Below are positions 24,811-37,829 of a DNA stretch of 64,000 nucleotides, piece by piece (positions within the stretch are counted from its first letter, which is position 1; the number at the start of each line of letters is the position of its first letter). Location: positions 73,656,001-73,720,000 of the forward strand of contig NC_059427.1 of the NCBI RefSeq assembly GCF_021028975.2. The letters run 5' to 3'. The notes beneath the pieces are model-generated. The model had not been told where the DNA came from and did not search any database. It worked only from the letters and a program-made list of their open reading frames with translations. The DNA comes from Sphaerodactylus townsendi (lineage: Eukaryota). The translations under genes and the position numbers were made by a program.

Positions 24811-27577
24811 ACTCATGGGATGGATTCATGCAGTAAAATCTATAACATTAAAGACTTGCTGGATCTCCTAAGAGCAGTTGATATTTGAGCATAACTGTGA
24901 TTCCTGGACCAGATCTTTAATATAGCCTGCACCAATTTCATTCAGTTTCCTACCATCCTGCCTACTTTTGACACTGTGCAGTTTGCACAGAAGTTTTAAC
25001 TTACTGAACATAAGTTTTAATTTATCCAGCACTTTTCTCAGAAGTTTTCCAAGTCATATGATACAACCACTCTGCCACAGTGAACACATTAATGACAGCC
25101 AATTTGTCTTACATTTCAGCTTTGATTTCCAGAGAAAATGGAAGTGCATGTTGTACAGCAAGCAATGTGTGTGAACCTTAGTTTTCAGTTTTCATGAAAA
25201 GTTACAGTTCTGATTGTAGGAGGAAGCTTAAAAACGTGGCTGCAGTTTCCTTTCCACTTTTCAACAGTGTTATAACGTGGACACCCTCTGTGGTTTTCTT
25301 CTTTTCATACAATAAAGTGGCCGGCTGAGATTAAACTCTTTGTGCTGATTTCCAAATCAGGTTCTTTACCAATTCCTCATTATGTTCACTCAGACATGCA
25401 AGCCCCACAGTAGCTGAAAGTCTATTTGTTTGAATAGACTCTCAAGAGCACCTATGTTTTCATTTGAAAGTACAGTGTTTATAGTGTGAGATAATGTCCG
25501 TAGACTCCATGATGGATAAGCCGCTTTCAGCAGCATTAATGCAAGCTTTGTCATTTAGACAAAGCATCCATGCTGTGAGGCATTCTATTCTGAACAATAA
25601 CTTCATCATTCACAGGCTGTTGGTTATCACCACTTGCCCTTCTAGTAGTGTTTTTCAAGCATTCGTGGTTCATTATTTTGCTCGTACAGGAAGCTCTGGG
25701 GAAGGAGAGGCACAACTCTGGCTACTATGCTACTTAAAAGGAAATAGGAATGATCCCCCCCCCCCCAAAAATGGATGTATCTAAGTTAAATCTGTTAAGA
25801 AGGAACAAGCTATTTTTAGGTCATATGGATTTGTCAGATCCCCTTGGTAACTCTCAGATCATCCAAAATGTCTTTTTTCCCTCCTGACAGACCTCAGATG
25901 GAGAATTCCTTTTGATGCTGTTGCATTTCATTGCTCATTGCAGTTACTTATCTGTGCATTAGGATCTGTTAAACAGGTTCTCATCTTTAGAATTTTAACA
26001 AGGCAGTTATGGATACATATTGCCCTTCAGCTCCTTTGTATTAGGATCGAGGGTAATGAATGTTACATTGGTTTAAAAACAAGCTTTTCTAATTGAGTTT
26101 CTCCTTGTAAGTGAATGCAGTTCCAGGCTGCCAATGAATATATAATAATAAAATCTGTCAGATACATTTGTTTGGCTGCCTAATGCAGGCACAAAACTGA
26201 TTAGTACTGGGTGACAACAGTGCAACACTCAGGCCAAATCTAAGGCATGGCTAACCAAAGGGGAAGTGTCACATACACTGACCTTTGGTTCCCAATTATC
26301 TGGATGATGATGAAGCATGACCGACATAATCAGAGACCTCCTAATGATAATTGCCACAATTAGTTGAAAGTCCTGTCTCTTGCTGTAGCTGCTTTTGGAG
26401 AAATTTACAAGATGATTTTCTAAGATGACCCAATTTTAGGTGTTTGTCTAAAACAAGAAGTAGAGGTATGCAGTGAAAGAAGAGAAAGTATTGAAATAGC
26501 CTCGGTGCAAAATTTCCCTTTATGTAGTCTTGGTAAATTTTAAAGAGTTACTTGAAGAATTCAATGGCAGATTTCATGAGCCACTAGTTTATACAGATTT
26601 TCTGTTCTGCCAATCTCAAAATTTTCCTTTGTAGTCAGAATTAGTCCATCCTATTTCAAGGGTGTTAATTGTTGCCACTGCCATATATTTTAGATTTGAT
26701 TTGTTGCAGCAGAAGTAATAGACAACTCTTGCAGAACGTAGTGATACAGGTCTTGATAGGGACTCCATATCAAGCCCATTGTCATGATCAGCCTCTGTTT
26801 AATCCTGCCATGTTTGAACTCCTAGGCAGGATATGTGAACCTCTCTTTGCTCATTCCCTGCTCCTCTTCTGCTACACCACTTTGATTTTTCTCAGACATG
26901 TTATCAGCTTGTTAGATACCTGCTGTTGTAGCTCTGTAAGTAGTGTGGAATGTAGGCTGTTTTGACCCTGGTGGGGGAAGGAAGGCAGTTTATTCCTCCA
27001 ACAGACCATGGGACGGGGGGGGGGGGGCATTCTCCCTTAGGAACTGGTTGGCCAGAGCAGGGTGGCAGGACGTAGGGGGTGATGTGGGGTATAATGATGA
27101 CTGCAACATTGGCTATGTTTAGTTCTGGCAATAGAAGTCTAAATGCTTTTTCCTGATACTGTTACATAATACAGAAATCAACTGAAAATGGAGTCTTGTT
27201 ATTAAGCAGTGTGGGGTATGACACCCATATAACATCAGTGCTCCACTAGCTGCACTGGCTCCGTATTCATACATTCACTCACTCACAGCTGTTATTTCCG
27301 TCCATCTGTCCTTAGAATTACTTTAATTTGAAATTCTAATATTTATTTGAAACATTTATGTCCTGCATGCTCAACCAGAATTTGTTCCCTGAAGGCAGTT
27401 TACTATTCTATAGTAACAAATTAAAACATAAATAGACTGCAGCAATAAAATATCCCCGAATCTGCTATAGCAAAAAGCAACATAGTGGTTTCATAAATAT
27501 TGAAATTACTGTCAACAAGAAGCACTAAAATGAGGTATCATCCAAAGTTTTCAAGAACCACTATCAGTTACAGTAAG

Positions 27578-27690
27578 GGAGAGAAGCCATTGTTCAGTGA
27601 TAAAGCATCAGCGTTACATGCCAAAGGTCCCAGGCTCAGTTCCCAGCATCCCCATTTGACAGGATGAGGTACTGGACAGTGGCCATCTAT
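27578..27690 (+). mobile_element. tRNA-derived SINE head
   Basis: ttcagtgataaagcat..aaggtcccaggctcagttcccagcatc, a degenerate A/B-box head. Confidence 0.55.
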
Positions 27691-27739
27691 GCACGAAGTG
27701 CTTATCTCATGGCTGTTTGCTTTGCAGTGGGTTTTTCCT

Positions 27740-28370
27740 GTGAAGTCTCCTATTACTACCACTTCTCTCATTTCTGAAAGTCTGGTCATCTGTTCCAGGA
27801 AGGCATCATCTAGCTCTTGAGTCCGGCTTGGGGGTATGTAATAGACTCCCTCAATGAGATGTGTTGTTTCCCTCCCCCTTAATTTTTACCCTGATGTTCT
27901 CAACCTGGCTTCCAGGATTTAAGTCATGGACCTTCTCACAGGTGTAAACATCACTGACATATGATGCTACTCCTCCTCCTTTGCTAATTGGTCTATTTCT
28001 CTGAAATAGGTTATGCCCCTCAATTATTACATTCTAATTATGGGACTCACCCACCAGGTTTCAGTGATGCCTATTATACCATATTTGCTTTGCTATGTTA
28101 AGAGTTCCCCTTTATTTCTCAGGCTCTAGTGTAGAGACATCTAAGACCATGGGACATTCTCCCTAGCTGCTTATTTAAGTTTTTTTCCCTCCCACTGTTG
28201 AGTTCTTGAACTATTTGCTCAATTCTCACTATAAACTTTGGGCTATTATCTTTAGCATTTGATGAACTCCTGCCCGCTTGAATACTGTCTCCCTCCCCCA
28301 GATAACTCAGGTTAAAGCCCTTCTGATCAGGTTTGTGAGCTTCCTAGCAAAAATGTTGCTAGCTGCTTCA
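27740..28370 (-). mobile_element. Older CR1 fragment (ORF1 end / endonuclease)
   Basis: Minus strand reads IIGITETWW; GGGVASY; GVYYIPP..TQELDDAFLEQMTRLSEMREVVVIGDF. Confidence 0.8.
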
Positions 28371-28390
28371 AAGCTCCTTGTCAGAACAAT

Positions 28391-29142
28391 GAACATAAGA
28401 ACATAAGAACAAGCCAGCTGGATCAGACCAAAGTCCATCTAGTCCAGCTCTCTGCTACTCGCAGTGGCCCACCAGGTGCCTTTGGGAGCTCACATGTAGG
28501 ATGTGAACGCAATGGCCTTCTGCGGCTGTTGCTCCCGATCACCTGGTCTGTTAAGGCATTTGCAATCTCAGATCAAAGAGGATCAAGATTGGTAGCCATA
28601 AATCGACTTCTCCTCCATAAATCTGTCCAAGCCCCTTTTAAAGCTATCCAGGTGAGTGGCCATCACCACCTCCTGTGGCAGCATATTCCAAACACCAATC
28701 CAATACTCCAAACACCAAACACCAATCACACGTTGCGTGAAGAAGTGTTTCCTTTTATTAGTCCTAATTCTTCCCCCCAGCATTTTCAATGAATGCCCCC
28801 TGGTTCTAGTATTGTGAGAAAGAGAGAAAAATTTCTCTCTGTCAACATTTTCTACCCCATGCATAATTTTGTAGACTTCAATCATATCCCCCCTCAGCCG
28901 CCTCCTCTCCAAACTAAAGAGTCCCAAACGCTGCAGCCTCTCCTCATAGGGAAGGTGCTCCAGTCCCTCAATCATCCTTGTTGCCCTTCTCTGCACTTTT
29001 TCTATCTCCTCAATATCCTTTTTGAGATGCGGCGACCAGAACTGGACACAGTACTCCAAGTGCGGTCGCACCACTGCTTTATATAAGGGCATGCAATCTT
29101 TGCAGTTTTATTATCAATTCCTTTTCTAATGATCCCCAGCAT
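28391..29142 (-). mobile_element. Young 5'-truncated CR1 LINE
   Basis: 169-aa open ORF LYKAVVRPHLEYCVQFWSPHLKKDIEEIEKVQRRATRMI..LGLFSLERRRLRGDMIEVYKI..WN.LP.EVV; ends in a (ttcttatg)n tail. Confidence 0.97.
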
Positions 29143-29262
29143 GGTTTCAGAAATGTTACTGAACGAATAAAAATATACTTCTGGGGACTCTCAGAAAAGC
29201 AGAATGGCCATCTTTCTTTGCAGTGTTTTATGCAACCTGTAACAGAGGGCCAAACAGCTTTA

Positions 29263-29520
29263 ATATGGTATAGTGGTAAAGGTGTTGGAATAGAACCTGG
29301 GAAACCCTATTTGTGCCATGGAAGTTTGCTGGGTGAATTTGGGCCAGTTGTACACTCTCAGCCTGTCTAGTGTTTGGATGGGAGATCTCCGAGGAATACC
29401 AGGGTTGTGATACAAGGTTGTGATACAGAGGCAGGCAATGGCAAACCACGTCTGAGTATCTCTTCCTTTAATATCTTATGAGGCCGCCATAAGTAAACTG
29501 TGACTGGATGGCAAAACAAA
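29263..29520 (+). mobile_element. Composite SINE: tRNA head + 5S C-box segment + Sauria tail
   Basis: tggtatagtgg..gctgggtgaatttgggccag, then ctagtgtttggatgggagatc..ggaatacc (5S-like), then gcaggcaatggcaaaccac..gccataagt. Confidence 0.65.
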
Positions 29521-30479
29521 ATAAAACAAAAGTAACAACAATAAACATTATTAAAATACACCGGGGGGGGGGGTAGTTTTAGTCTTGAATATGTCTAAGT
29601 GCAGTCATTTGAATCTTGTTGTGGATCTCCACTAACATTACACTGAACCCCTCCCCCACAAAAATGTGAATGGAATTCCTAGCGTATGCACAATTCTCCT
29701 TTATTACTCCATCTAATCTTTTCTTCCTGAAGTCAAGAGTTGCTTTCTATCTGTCATCACTACATCTGCTTTTGAGTCTGGCCTTTCTGCATGGCTGCCT
29801 ACAGGAATTGGCAAAGCACTGTTGCAGATAAAGCAAGCACTCATGTGTGAAAGGGGTGGGTAGCATCGCCTCAAGCATTTCTGTGTTTTTTTAACAAGAG
29901 AAAATTCTAAGTGCCAATTCCATGCAATCCCAGCCAAGCAAATCAGATCTACAAGGTGTATTCCACAGGTGGGTCTTATCATGATCTTTTCAGTGTCCTA
30001 TTCACTTTCCTCCTCTCCTTTTCAAGTGTGTCCTCACATCTGTTGCAGGTTCAAGGAGTTCCACCTTGCCAGTTCAAGTACCTTTGATTATTAAGGGAGA
30101 GATTCAGTTGACAACATTGCCATGGCCAGTTATTTCTTTCTTTCTTTAATCAGTCAGACAAAACATTAAAATGTGCTTAGATGTAAATGATTAGAATATG
30201 CAGTTTTAAATTTGTTTGGGCAGGAATGATTAGCATATATAAAGGAACAGTGCCTCTGAACTGACACCATTGCTGGGTGGAGCTCTTAAAAGGGAGCTCA
30301 GATAGCCAAGAGAAGGTGGGTAGGTGGGTGGATAGTCTTTGGCAGCTGAGCTGAGAGACACCAGCTGGAAGGAGAGCCAAAAAGAGCATAAATGGGAGTG
30401 TCTGAAATACTTCCTTCAAGGTTGCAGTGTCAGAGGAAGTCCTCCCAGCCCCAGCTCATCAGTTCCTCACCCAGTTGTA

Positions 30480-30495
30480 TGAGAAAGAAAGAGAG

Positions 30496-30541
<46 letters not shown>
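30480..30541. repeat. (GAAA)/(GA)n microsatellite
   Basis: Direct reading. Confidence 0.95.
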
Positions 30542-30543
<2 letters not shown>

Positions 30544-31259
30544 CCACCTTCCAAAGCAGCCATTTCCTCCTGGTGAACTGACCTTTGCCGTTTGGAGATC
30601 ATTGGAGATCTCCAGGCACCACCTGAAAGTTGGCTGCCCTAACACTAAAATAGACAAAGCTGCCCCAGGTATGTTATTAATAGGTCTCCAAATTATCTCT
30701 TTTCCATAAGTCTACCAGCCACACAGTGTGCATTACTTCTCTCATTCATTGTGTGATATCAGGAACAGTCTTTGCCTTCTGGGCCCATTGTAGTATCTTG
30801 CTGCTCCTAGTAATACCCCTAGCCTCTACTATTGTAAAGTACTTTATGAGCAGCTCCTCTTGGAGTCCCAGTCAGCTATTTTTTCTCTTAAAGAAAAAAA
30901 ACGTACAAGAAAGGTCTGATCACAGATCTATCAGTGTTTCCTCTGTAGTTGTAAGTGCTACAATGCCCTGGTTTTAACTTTTAAAGCCCTTTGTGGCCTG
31001 GGACCATCTAATTTGAATTGCCTCTCCTTATCATCCTATGTACAAGTTACAGATGGGAAATCAGACCCTCCTCTGGACACATTCCAATTAGAAATTATGA
31101 GGAGTAGGCCTGTTACTACCTGTACTTCTGAGACTACTTCCACATGGCAAGGTTTCTTTACTTCTGTAGTCATTGCAAATAGAAAAGCAAGCGCATTCAT
31201 GATGGAGCTTTCACATAGGGAGGTTTTGGCGACTGAACACTGAATTCCACCCCCTAGCT

Positions 31260-31756
31260 CAGTGGTGGCGAACCTATGGCACGGGTGCCAGAGGTGGCAC
31301 TCAGAGCCCTCTCTGTGGGCCCACGCAAACAGAGTGCCCCTCCACATCTAGGCTGGCCTGGGCCACTGGGCTCAATTATTAGCATTAAACCTAAGACCTA
31401 GTTTTGGGAAAGCAGTGTAGGTAAGCACTGTTAAACCCCACTGATTTTCATGTGAAGAACTAAAGTGTGATCCTTTACCTGGAGTAAGCTTGGTTGCTGG
31501 CAACGAGGCTTGCTTCTAAGTAAACCCTCCTAGGGTCATGTTTCACCCGTTGGAAGAGTTGCACGGTTGCTTCAAAGCAAAGCCACCAACTACCACCAAG
31601 CTTACTCTTGACTAACGCACACCTTGGAGCCAACCGTTTTTTCTAAACTAAAACCTCAGTATTCAGGTTAAATCGCCTTGTTGGCACTTTGCAATAAATA
31701 AGTGGGTTTTGGGTTGCAATTTGGGCACTCGGTCTCAAAAAGGTTCGCCATCACTG
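31260..31756. mobile_element. Non-autonomous hAT DNA transposon
   Basis: TIRs cagtggtggcgaacct / aggttcgccatcactg; 8-bp TSD ccctagct / ccctcgct. Confidence 0.85.
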
Positions 31757-32864
31757 CCCTCGCTCTAGCCATCTTGCCACTTCCTTTTCCCATTCATTTC
31801 CAAGCAATCTTGACAAAACCTGCCTGCGTTTGTGCCCTTATCACAGCACAAAGGGCCAGGGACTTCATTTTAAAAAAATGAAAACTACATATTCAGTTGA
31901 GTTATAATTTGAAAATGGGAGTAAATAATGATCACTCTAACAACATCACACTATAGTGTAATAGCAATTACCAGTTTTCAGCTTTATGAATTAATGGCCG
32001 TGAACTATTTTTACATTTTCAGGTTTACACAGAAACCTGTTAGGTTGCATTTTACCACTTTGTGTGCGAACTGCAGCATGATATCACGTGGCTCGCTGGA
32101 CCTTTTAATTTTATCAGCCAGCAACAATTTACACATTCCCCCCCCCCCCCCCCCCCCTCTATTTGGTCACTTCATTTAATTATTCAATGGATTCAGCTGG
32201 TTTGCTGTTTATGCTGCCATCATTTTAGGTCAATGGCCAGGTGGATTCTGGGAAATATACTTCCAGGTCTGTCAGAACCGCAATATTTATCACACAGGAT
32301 CCCATAATATCCCTGTTCTTTTATTCAAGTCTATTTTGTTTTTCAACAAATGTGCAAATCATTTCTGCAATCTGCGAAGTCTTTAAAGTGATATGTGGGA
32401 GTCTAGTGTGGCTGACCTGTTTAAGTCTATAGGTGATATGTATCTAATAGATAGTGCAAGACAATATGTTCTTTTAACCCCAGGGTGTTCTGGTTTTTAA
32501 TGTGTGGAAATTATGCAACATGTGCTTTTGAGACACCAAGCCAGGCCATTGGACTATCAATGTCAGTGTCGACTGGTAAGATCTCAGGTGGTGGTCTTTT
32601 ATATTATCTGTTAGCTGAACCTTCTAACTGGAGATGCGGGGATTAAACATGGCCCCTTTTGCACGATAGCAGCTCCATTGTGGAGCTGATGACACTTGTT
32701 CTTGCACTATTCTCTCAAAGGCTGACATTTTAAAACCTTGTGTAGAAGCTTTAAAAACAAAATAGACCCTTCCAAAGCAGAGCTGATCCTTAAGCATGTA
32801 AACATGTGGCATTCCTTAAGGACTCAGCACTCTCTCCCATCCCCTTGCACATGTATGTACGTGC

Positions 32865-33015
32865 CCTGACCTAGATAGCTCAGGCTAGCTTGATCCCCTC
32901 AGATTTTAGAAGCTAAGAAGGGCTGCCATTGGTTAATACTTGGTGGGAGACCAATCTAGTAGCCAAGGGTCATTATGCAGAGCCAGAAAATGGCAAATTA
33001 CATCTGAATGTTTTG
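32865..33015 (+). mobile_element. 5S-derived SINE (5S-Sauria-like)
   Basis: gaagctaagaaggg..tggttaatacttggtgggagacc resembles the 5S A/C boxes, followed by aatggcaaattacatctg. Confidence 0.7.
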
Positions 33016-33824
33016 CATCCTGGTAAGTCAGAGGAGTCTCATATTGTTTCTTTTCACAATTTGATATTTTTCTCCAGGTTATTCTGCTTTTGGAGATTCC
33101 ATCTTATATGTTTGAATATTTTGGGCTGGCAACCTAGCATTTGTTGGTAAATTAGAGCAAGGTGTGTGTATAAAACCTGTGCAGCTGTTGCACTGTGTGT
33201 AATCTCTGGCATATGTCTATAAATGAAGAACCCTGGTGTGCAGAGGGCCCATATGTTTCCATGCTTCTTTCAGCACAAGCGAGAGAAGAGTCTGGGGGTG
33301 GGGGATGGATGTGATTCTGCCTGAGCTGCCTGCCTCCTCCAGCACAGGGACTGGGAGCATGTGTTTCCAAGGCAATCAGTAACATCTTACTCACCCAGCT
33401 CTCCTATTGTTATCCTGCCAATCTGACTTCACTTAGCTGGGAAAAGGAGGATGGACCAGCTGTTGGTACAAGGGCCCATGCTGCCTCAACCAAGGAAAAA
33501 CACCTCCAATTAAAGCTATTTATCTGCATGTAACTGCAGAGAATGGCATCCATATACACAAAAGGCTACATTCTTAACCAGATCTAAAGGATTTGCTGTT
33601 TTAATAACAGAGAAAGGCACAAACACTGAAATGGGATGGCATCAGATTTGTAAATAATTCGATAGGGGGTAATTACATATACACACTGCTCTTGTCACTC
33701 ACTTCCTTTTCCATCATTCTCACCTCCTTCCACATAATACCATAGGCATAGCTCAAACAAACTACAAATAAAGTGGCATTACCAAAGTTGATCCTAGACT
33801 GCATCAGACTGCAGGTGGCAGATC

Positions 33825-34679
33825 CAGAGGTGGGATTCAGCCGGTTTGGACCGGTTCTCTAGAACTGATAGCTAAAATTATAGCTAGTTCACTGAACCGG
33901 CTGTCTGGGGCTATCTCCCTGCACTGGGAGGCAGCCCGGTTGGCTGGGAGGCAAGGATCCTTGCCTTGCTCCACACACTCATCTCCCAGTCAGCTGGGCA
34001 GCCTCTGCATGGGGAGCAAGCCTCTGGCAGCCCTCAGCCAAGGGCTGCTATTTGGGGCTTCCTTCCTGCACTTGGAGGCTGCCCAGCTGGCTGGGCCTTG
34101 TCCCCCAGCCAGCTGGGCAGCCTCCACGTGGTGAGGAAGCCCCAGACAGCCCCCAGCTAAGGGCCTTGAACTTCGGGTGGTGGTGGTGTCTGGGGCTTCC
34201 TTCCTCCCCATGGAGGTTGCCCAGACCTCCCAGTTGCTGCCCTAGCCCGAGAAGGCCACCACAGCTTGTCTGGGGGGCCTGGGCAACCTCCAGCAGGGCT
34301 GTGCCCCGGGTGCTGGAGGTTGCCTAGGCCTCCACGCACCACTGTGGCCTTCTTGGGCTAGGGCTGTGGTGGCGAACCTTTGGCACTCCAGATGTTGTGG
34401 ACTACAATTCCCATCAGCCCCTGCCAGCATGGCCAATTGGCTATGCTGGCAGGGGCTGATGGGAGTTGTAGTCCATAACATCTGGAGTGCCAAAGGTTCA
34501 CCACCACTGGGCTAGGGCAATGGCTGGGAGGCCTGGGCATCCTCCAGTAGCCGCAGCTGCCCTCTTCCCTCACCTCCCCCCACCCAATGTGGAAAAGGGA
34601 GGCACAGCAACTAGGTAAGTGGGCAGTGGTGGTGGATCGGGCCGAACCGGTTGTTAAAAAAATTAGAATCCTACCACTG
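33825..34679. mobile_element. Non-autonomous hAT element with GC-rich internal repeats
   Basis: TIRs cagaggtgggattc / gaatcctaccactg; perfect 8-bp TSD ggcagatc (33817-33824, 34680-34687). Confidence 0.85.
34364..34509. mobile_element. Palindromic hAT MITE nested in the previous element
   Basis: Full fold-back centred on ggccaattggc; perfect 8-bp TSD ggctaggg. Confidence 0.9.
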
Positions 34680-35059
34680 GGCAGATCCAATGTCTGAACA
34701 CTCTCAATTCCAACTTGTACATAGATGTTGACTGCATGTAATGAGTTGCCTGCAAGCAACCAGGCAGAGAATTTTTTTAAAAAAAATTACCCCTTCTTTG
34801 GCTGTCTTTGTGATCCCAAACGACTGACATAGGCAAGTATGATTTGTTGCAAGCTGCCTTGCGCAGGTCACTGGAAAGGTGGCATTCATATTTTCTAGAC
34901 AGATAGTTGGCTTTTAATATTTTTTATGGGTTGGGAATTAAAAAACTTATTTACAAGCCTGTCCTAATCCATGTTCTATTATATCAAGCCCAGCCCCATC
35001 ATTTGCTCAAGTCTCCTCATATTCAGGCTCATATTAACATGACCAAGCTGTAGTTTCAT

Positions 35060-35199
35060 GTTTTAAATATGTATATTTATATTGATTATTTATTGTTATT
35101 ATTGTTTCTGGAATATTATTTTGTTGTTCACCGCCCAGAGCCCTCAGGGGATGGGGCGGTATACAAATGTAATTATAAATAAATAAATAAATAAAATAA
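35060..35199 (+). mobile_element. L2 3' tail
   Basis: caccgcccagagccctcaggggatggggcggtat..(aaat)n. Confidence 0.8.
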
Positions 35200-35719
35200 G
35201 CATTCCACTAATGGGGGGCCCACTTCCAAAGTTGCAGTGTTTACATAGTTGGAATTGAGAGGCAGATGCATGTCAAGGTGTGGGATAACTGATGCTATAT
35301 CCACATACTGTGTTATGGCAATCATTCAAACTAGACTGGCTTATCCACACATGCATGTGATTGCCACAGCTCAACAACAGTACAGTGTCCAGCAGTGTGT
35401 GGATGCAGACAGAGAGTGGAGTGGGAACTCCATGAGCAAGAGCCAAACGGGGAGCTCTGTGTAATTCATTTTGATGTGTAAAAGCAGAAGAAAGTTCTTT
35501 TGAAGTTTTGGCTCACATGTGAACAGTGAAGAGGGAGGTAACTCTCCTGACTGAAAGTCAAATACATGGGTTGATTGCTTAATTGAGACAAATGCTGTAA
35601 TCATACCCTAGAACCTAGTAATATGGAAAATATTATAAGACGTTCCCCCATCTGTCCAAGCTTTTCTCATTTTTTTTTCTTTTTGGAGGAGAGCACTGAA
35701 GACTTTTTAGTGCATACAT

Positions 35720-36050
35720 TTTAAGTGCCGTCAAGTTGCTTTCAGCTTACGGTGATCAGTTAAATCAATGTCCTTCAAACATCCGATCATTAACAGCCAT
35801 GCTCAGGCCTTGCAAACTGAGGGCTATGGTTATCAATCCATCTCATGTTGGGTCTCCTCCCTCTTTTCCTGCTGCCTCCAACTTTTCCTGGAATTATTGT
35901 CTTTTCCAGTGACTCTTGTCTTTTCATTATATAACTTAAGTATGATAGCTTCAATTTAATCATTTTAGCTTCTTGGGAGAATTCAGTTTTAATTTGATCT
36001 CAAACCCACTGATCTGTGTTTTTGGCAGTCCACGGTATTCATAAACATCA
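35720..36050 (-). mobile_element. RTE-BovB LINE 3' fragment
   Basis: Minus strand reads IPWTAKN..WV*DQIK.E.S.EAKM.KLKLSY...SLEKTIIPGKVGGSRKR..RW, a BovB/RTE C-terminus plus UTR. Confidence 0.8.
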
Positions 36051-37309
36051 TAGTTTTACACATTTTTTTACGCATAGTTACAAATGCACAAGTAGAGCAC
36101 AGGTAGAAGTAAAGGGGAACTTCTACAAGATCCATTACCCCATATCAAATCCCCAGTGAGAGATCCTGCAACCCCACGAGCCTTCAGCAAACTCACAGCC
36201 TTTCTTTACAGACACACACATACACAATACGCCTGCTTCCACCTTTCAGCTGGCTCAGCCCTTCTAAACTCACTTCAGTAGAGCCATTGGGGAACCATCT
36301 CTTAACAATTAGACCCCACTGAAGAAACATCAGTCTTAACTAAGGAATACTAACACTGTCTTGGGATTTAGCATCAGCCCCCTTAGGTAACCCATTTAAA
36401 CTGAAGAGGTGGCAATTTTCCTATACAAACATATATATATAAAAGTTTGCCAGCAAAAATAGCACCTGTGATAGGTACACATATACCTCTCCTAATATAC
36501 TAAAAGTCACAGTGTATTGGAAATAAGAGGAAGTGAAAGGTCTAGTCTGTGGAAGTTGTTAGACTGTTTATTGTGTGAAAGACTGAGGATCTAGCATGTT
36601 AGTATTCCTACCTGTATTAGGCCTGCAGATTAGGGGGATTTTATCCCTTTGAATGCACCTTGTCCTGCAGATGCCCCCTATTCTGATGGTTTAATCAACT
36701 TTATTTTTGTTCCTTCTCTATTTTTAGATTTCTTTCCCCCCTTGTTCCTACCTCACTATTTACTGGAAAGAGCGTTTTCTCTCTTTCTCTGCATCCTCTT
36801 GTTGCTAAGCAACCAGGTGCACCATGGGTGCCAATTGGTTGAGGCAGATTCAGCAAGCGCTGGAAGTATTGTACCTCCCACCTTCCTCTCTTCATATAGA
36901 GCCACCACATGATCTGTATAGAAGGGGGAGTTGAGTACAGGTGGGAAAGGGAGATGATTGTGGGAGACAATGTAACAAAACACTTAGCTGGGAGACATGG
37001 GTGCTTCAGTTATCACAATTCACTCTATCTGAGCATGTCCTTGGAAGCAATCACAACCTATTTGCCAGGCCTATTCTGATTTGATGGAGTCATGCTTTAG
37101 ATTCACCTTCTCATTTCTGCTATGGCTAAACATCAACCCATATTGGGGTAACTAAAGTACCCTTTCCCATTTCCATGCAGGACAAACATTGATTACTCAG
37201 CTGCACACTAGTCTTCTCAACCTGTGATTGTTGCAGTGTTTTTACAAGATTTTAACAAGATTTTAATTTTAGAAGGTTTGGAATATGTTCCTAATCCTAC
37301 TATCTGGGG

Positions 37310-37395
37310 CAGGGTTCTGCAACCTGTGGCTCTCCAGATGTTCATGGACTACAAATCCCATCAGTCCCTGCCAGCATGGCCAATTGGCCATGGGG
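37310..37395. mobile_element. Half copy of the palindromic hAT MITE
   Basis: ctccagatgttcatggactacaaatcccatcagtccctgccagcatggccaattggccatgg. Confidence 0.8.
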
Positions 37396-37829
37396 CAAGT
37401 AGGCCTAGAAACATGGATCTTCAGATTGTTTATAGGTGTCACTCAGGGCTGCACAGTATGATGTAAAGATGGCATGAGAACCTATCGGTTGCCTCTGATC
37501 TAGTCAAGCTATAGAAACACCAAGTTGAGACAAAATCCCCCCCCCAAGCTATTTCCCTTTCCTGAAAGCCCCACAGCCTCTCCCCTTTCCCTGCTTCATT
37601 CTGTCCTTCCCACCCACCAGACACCCTCCCTTTATTGCCCCCTGTTTTCAGCTTTCCTTCCTTCCCTCTCCCTGGCAGCATTTACCCAGGAAATTTTGGC
37701 CCAGTTGCTTGGTGCTGGATGCTTGACTAGGTCCGGTTGTGCAATCCCAGCTGCTGGGCTGGGCCAAGCTGCATGGTAGGAAACCTTCAAGGAGTTGCAG
37801 AGAGCACCTCATTCCCCCCAGTATTTCTC

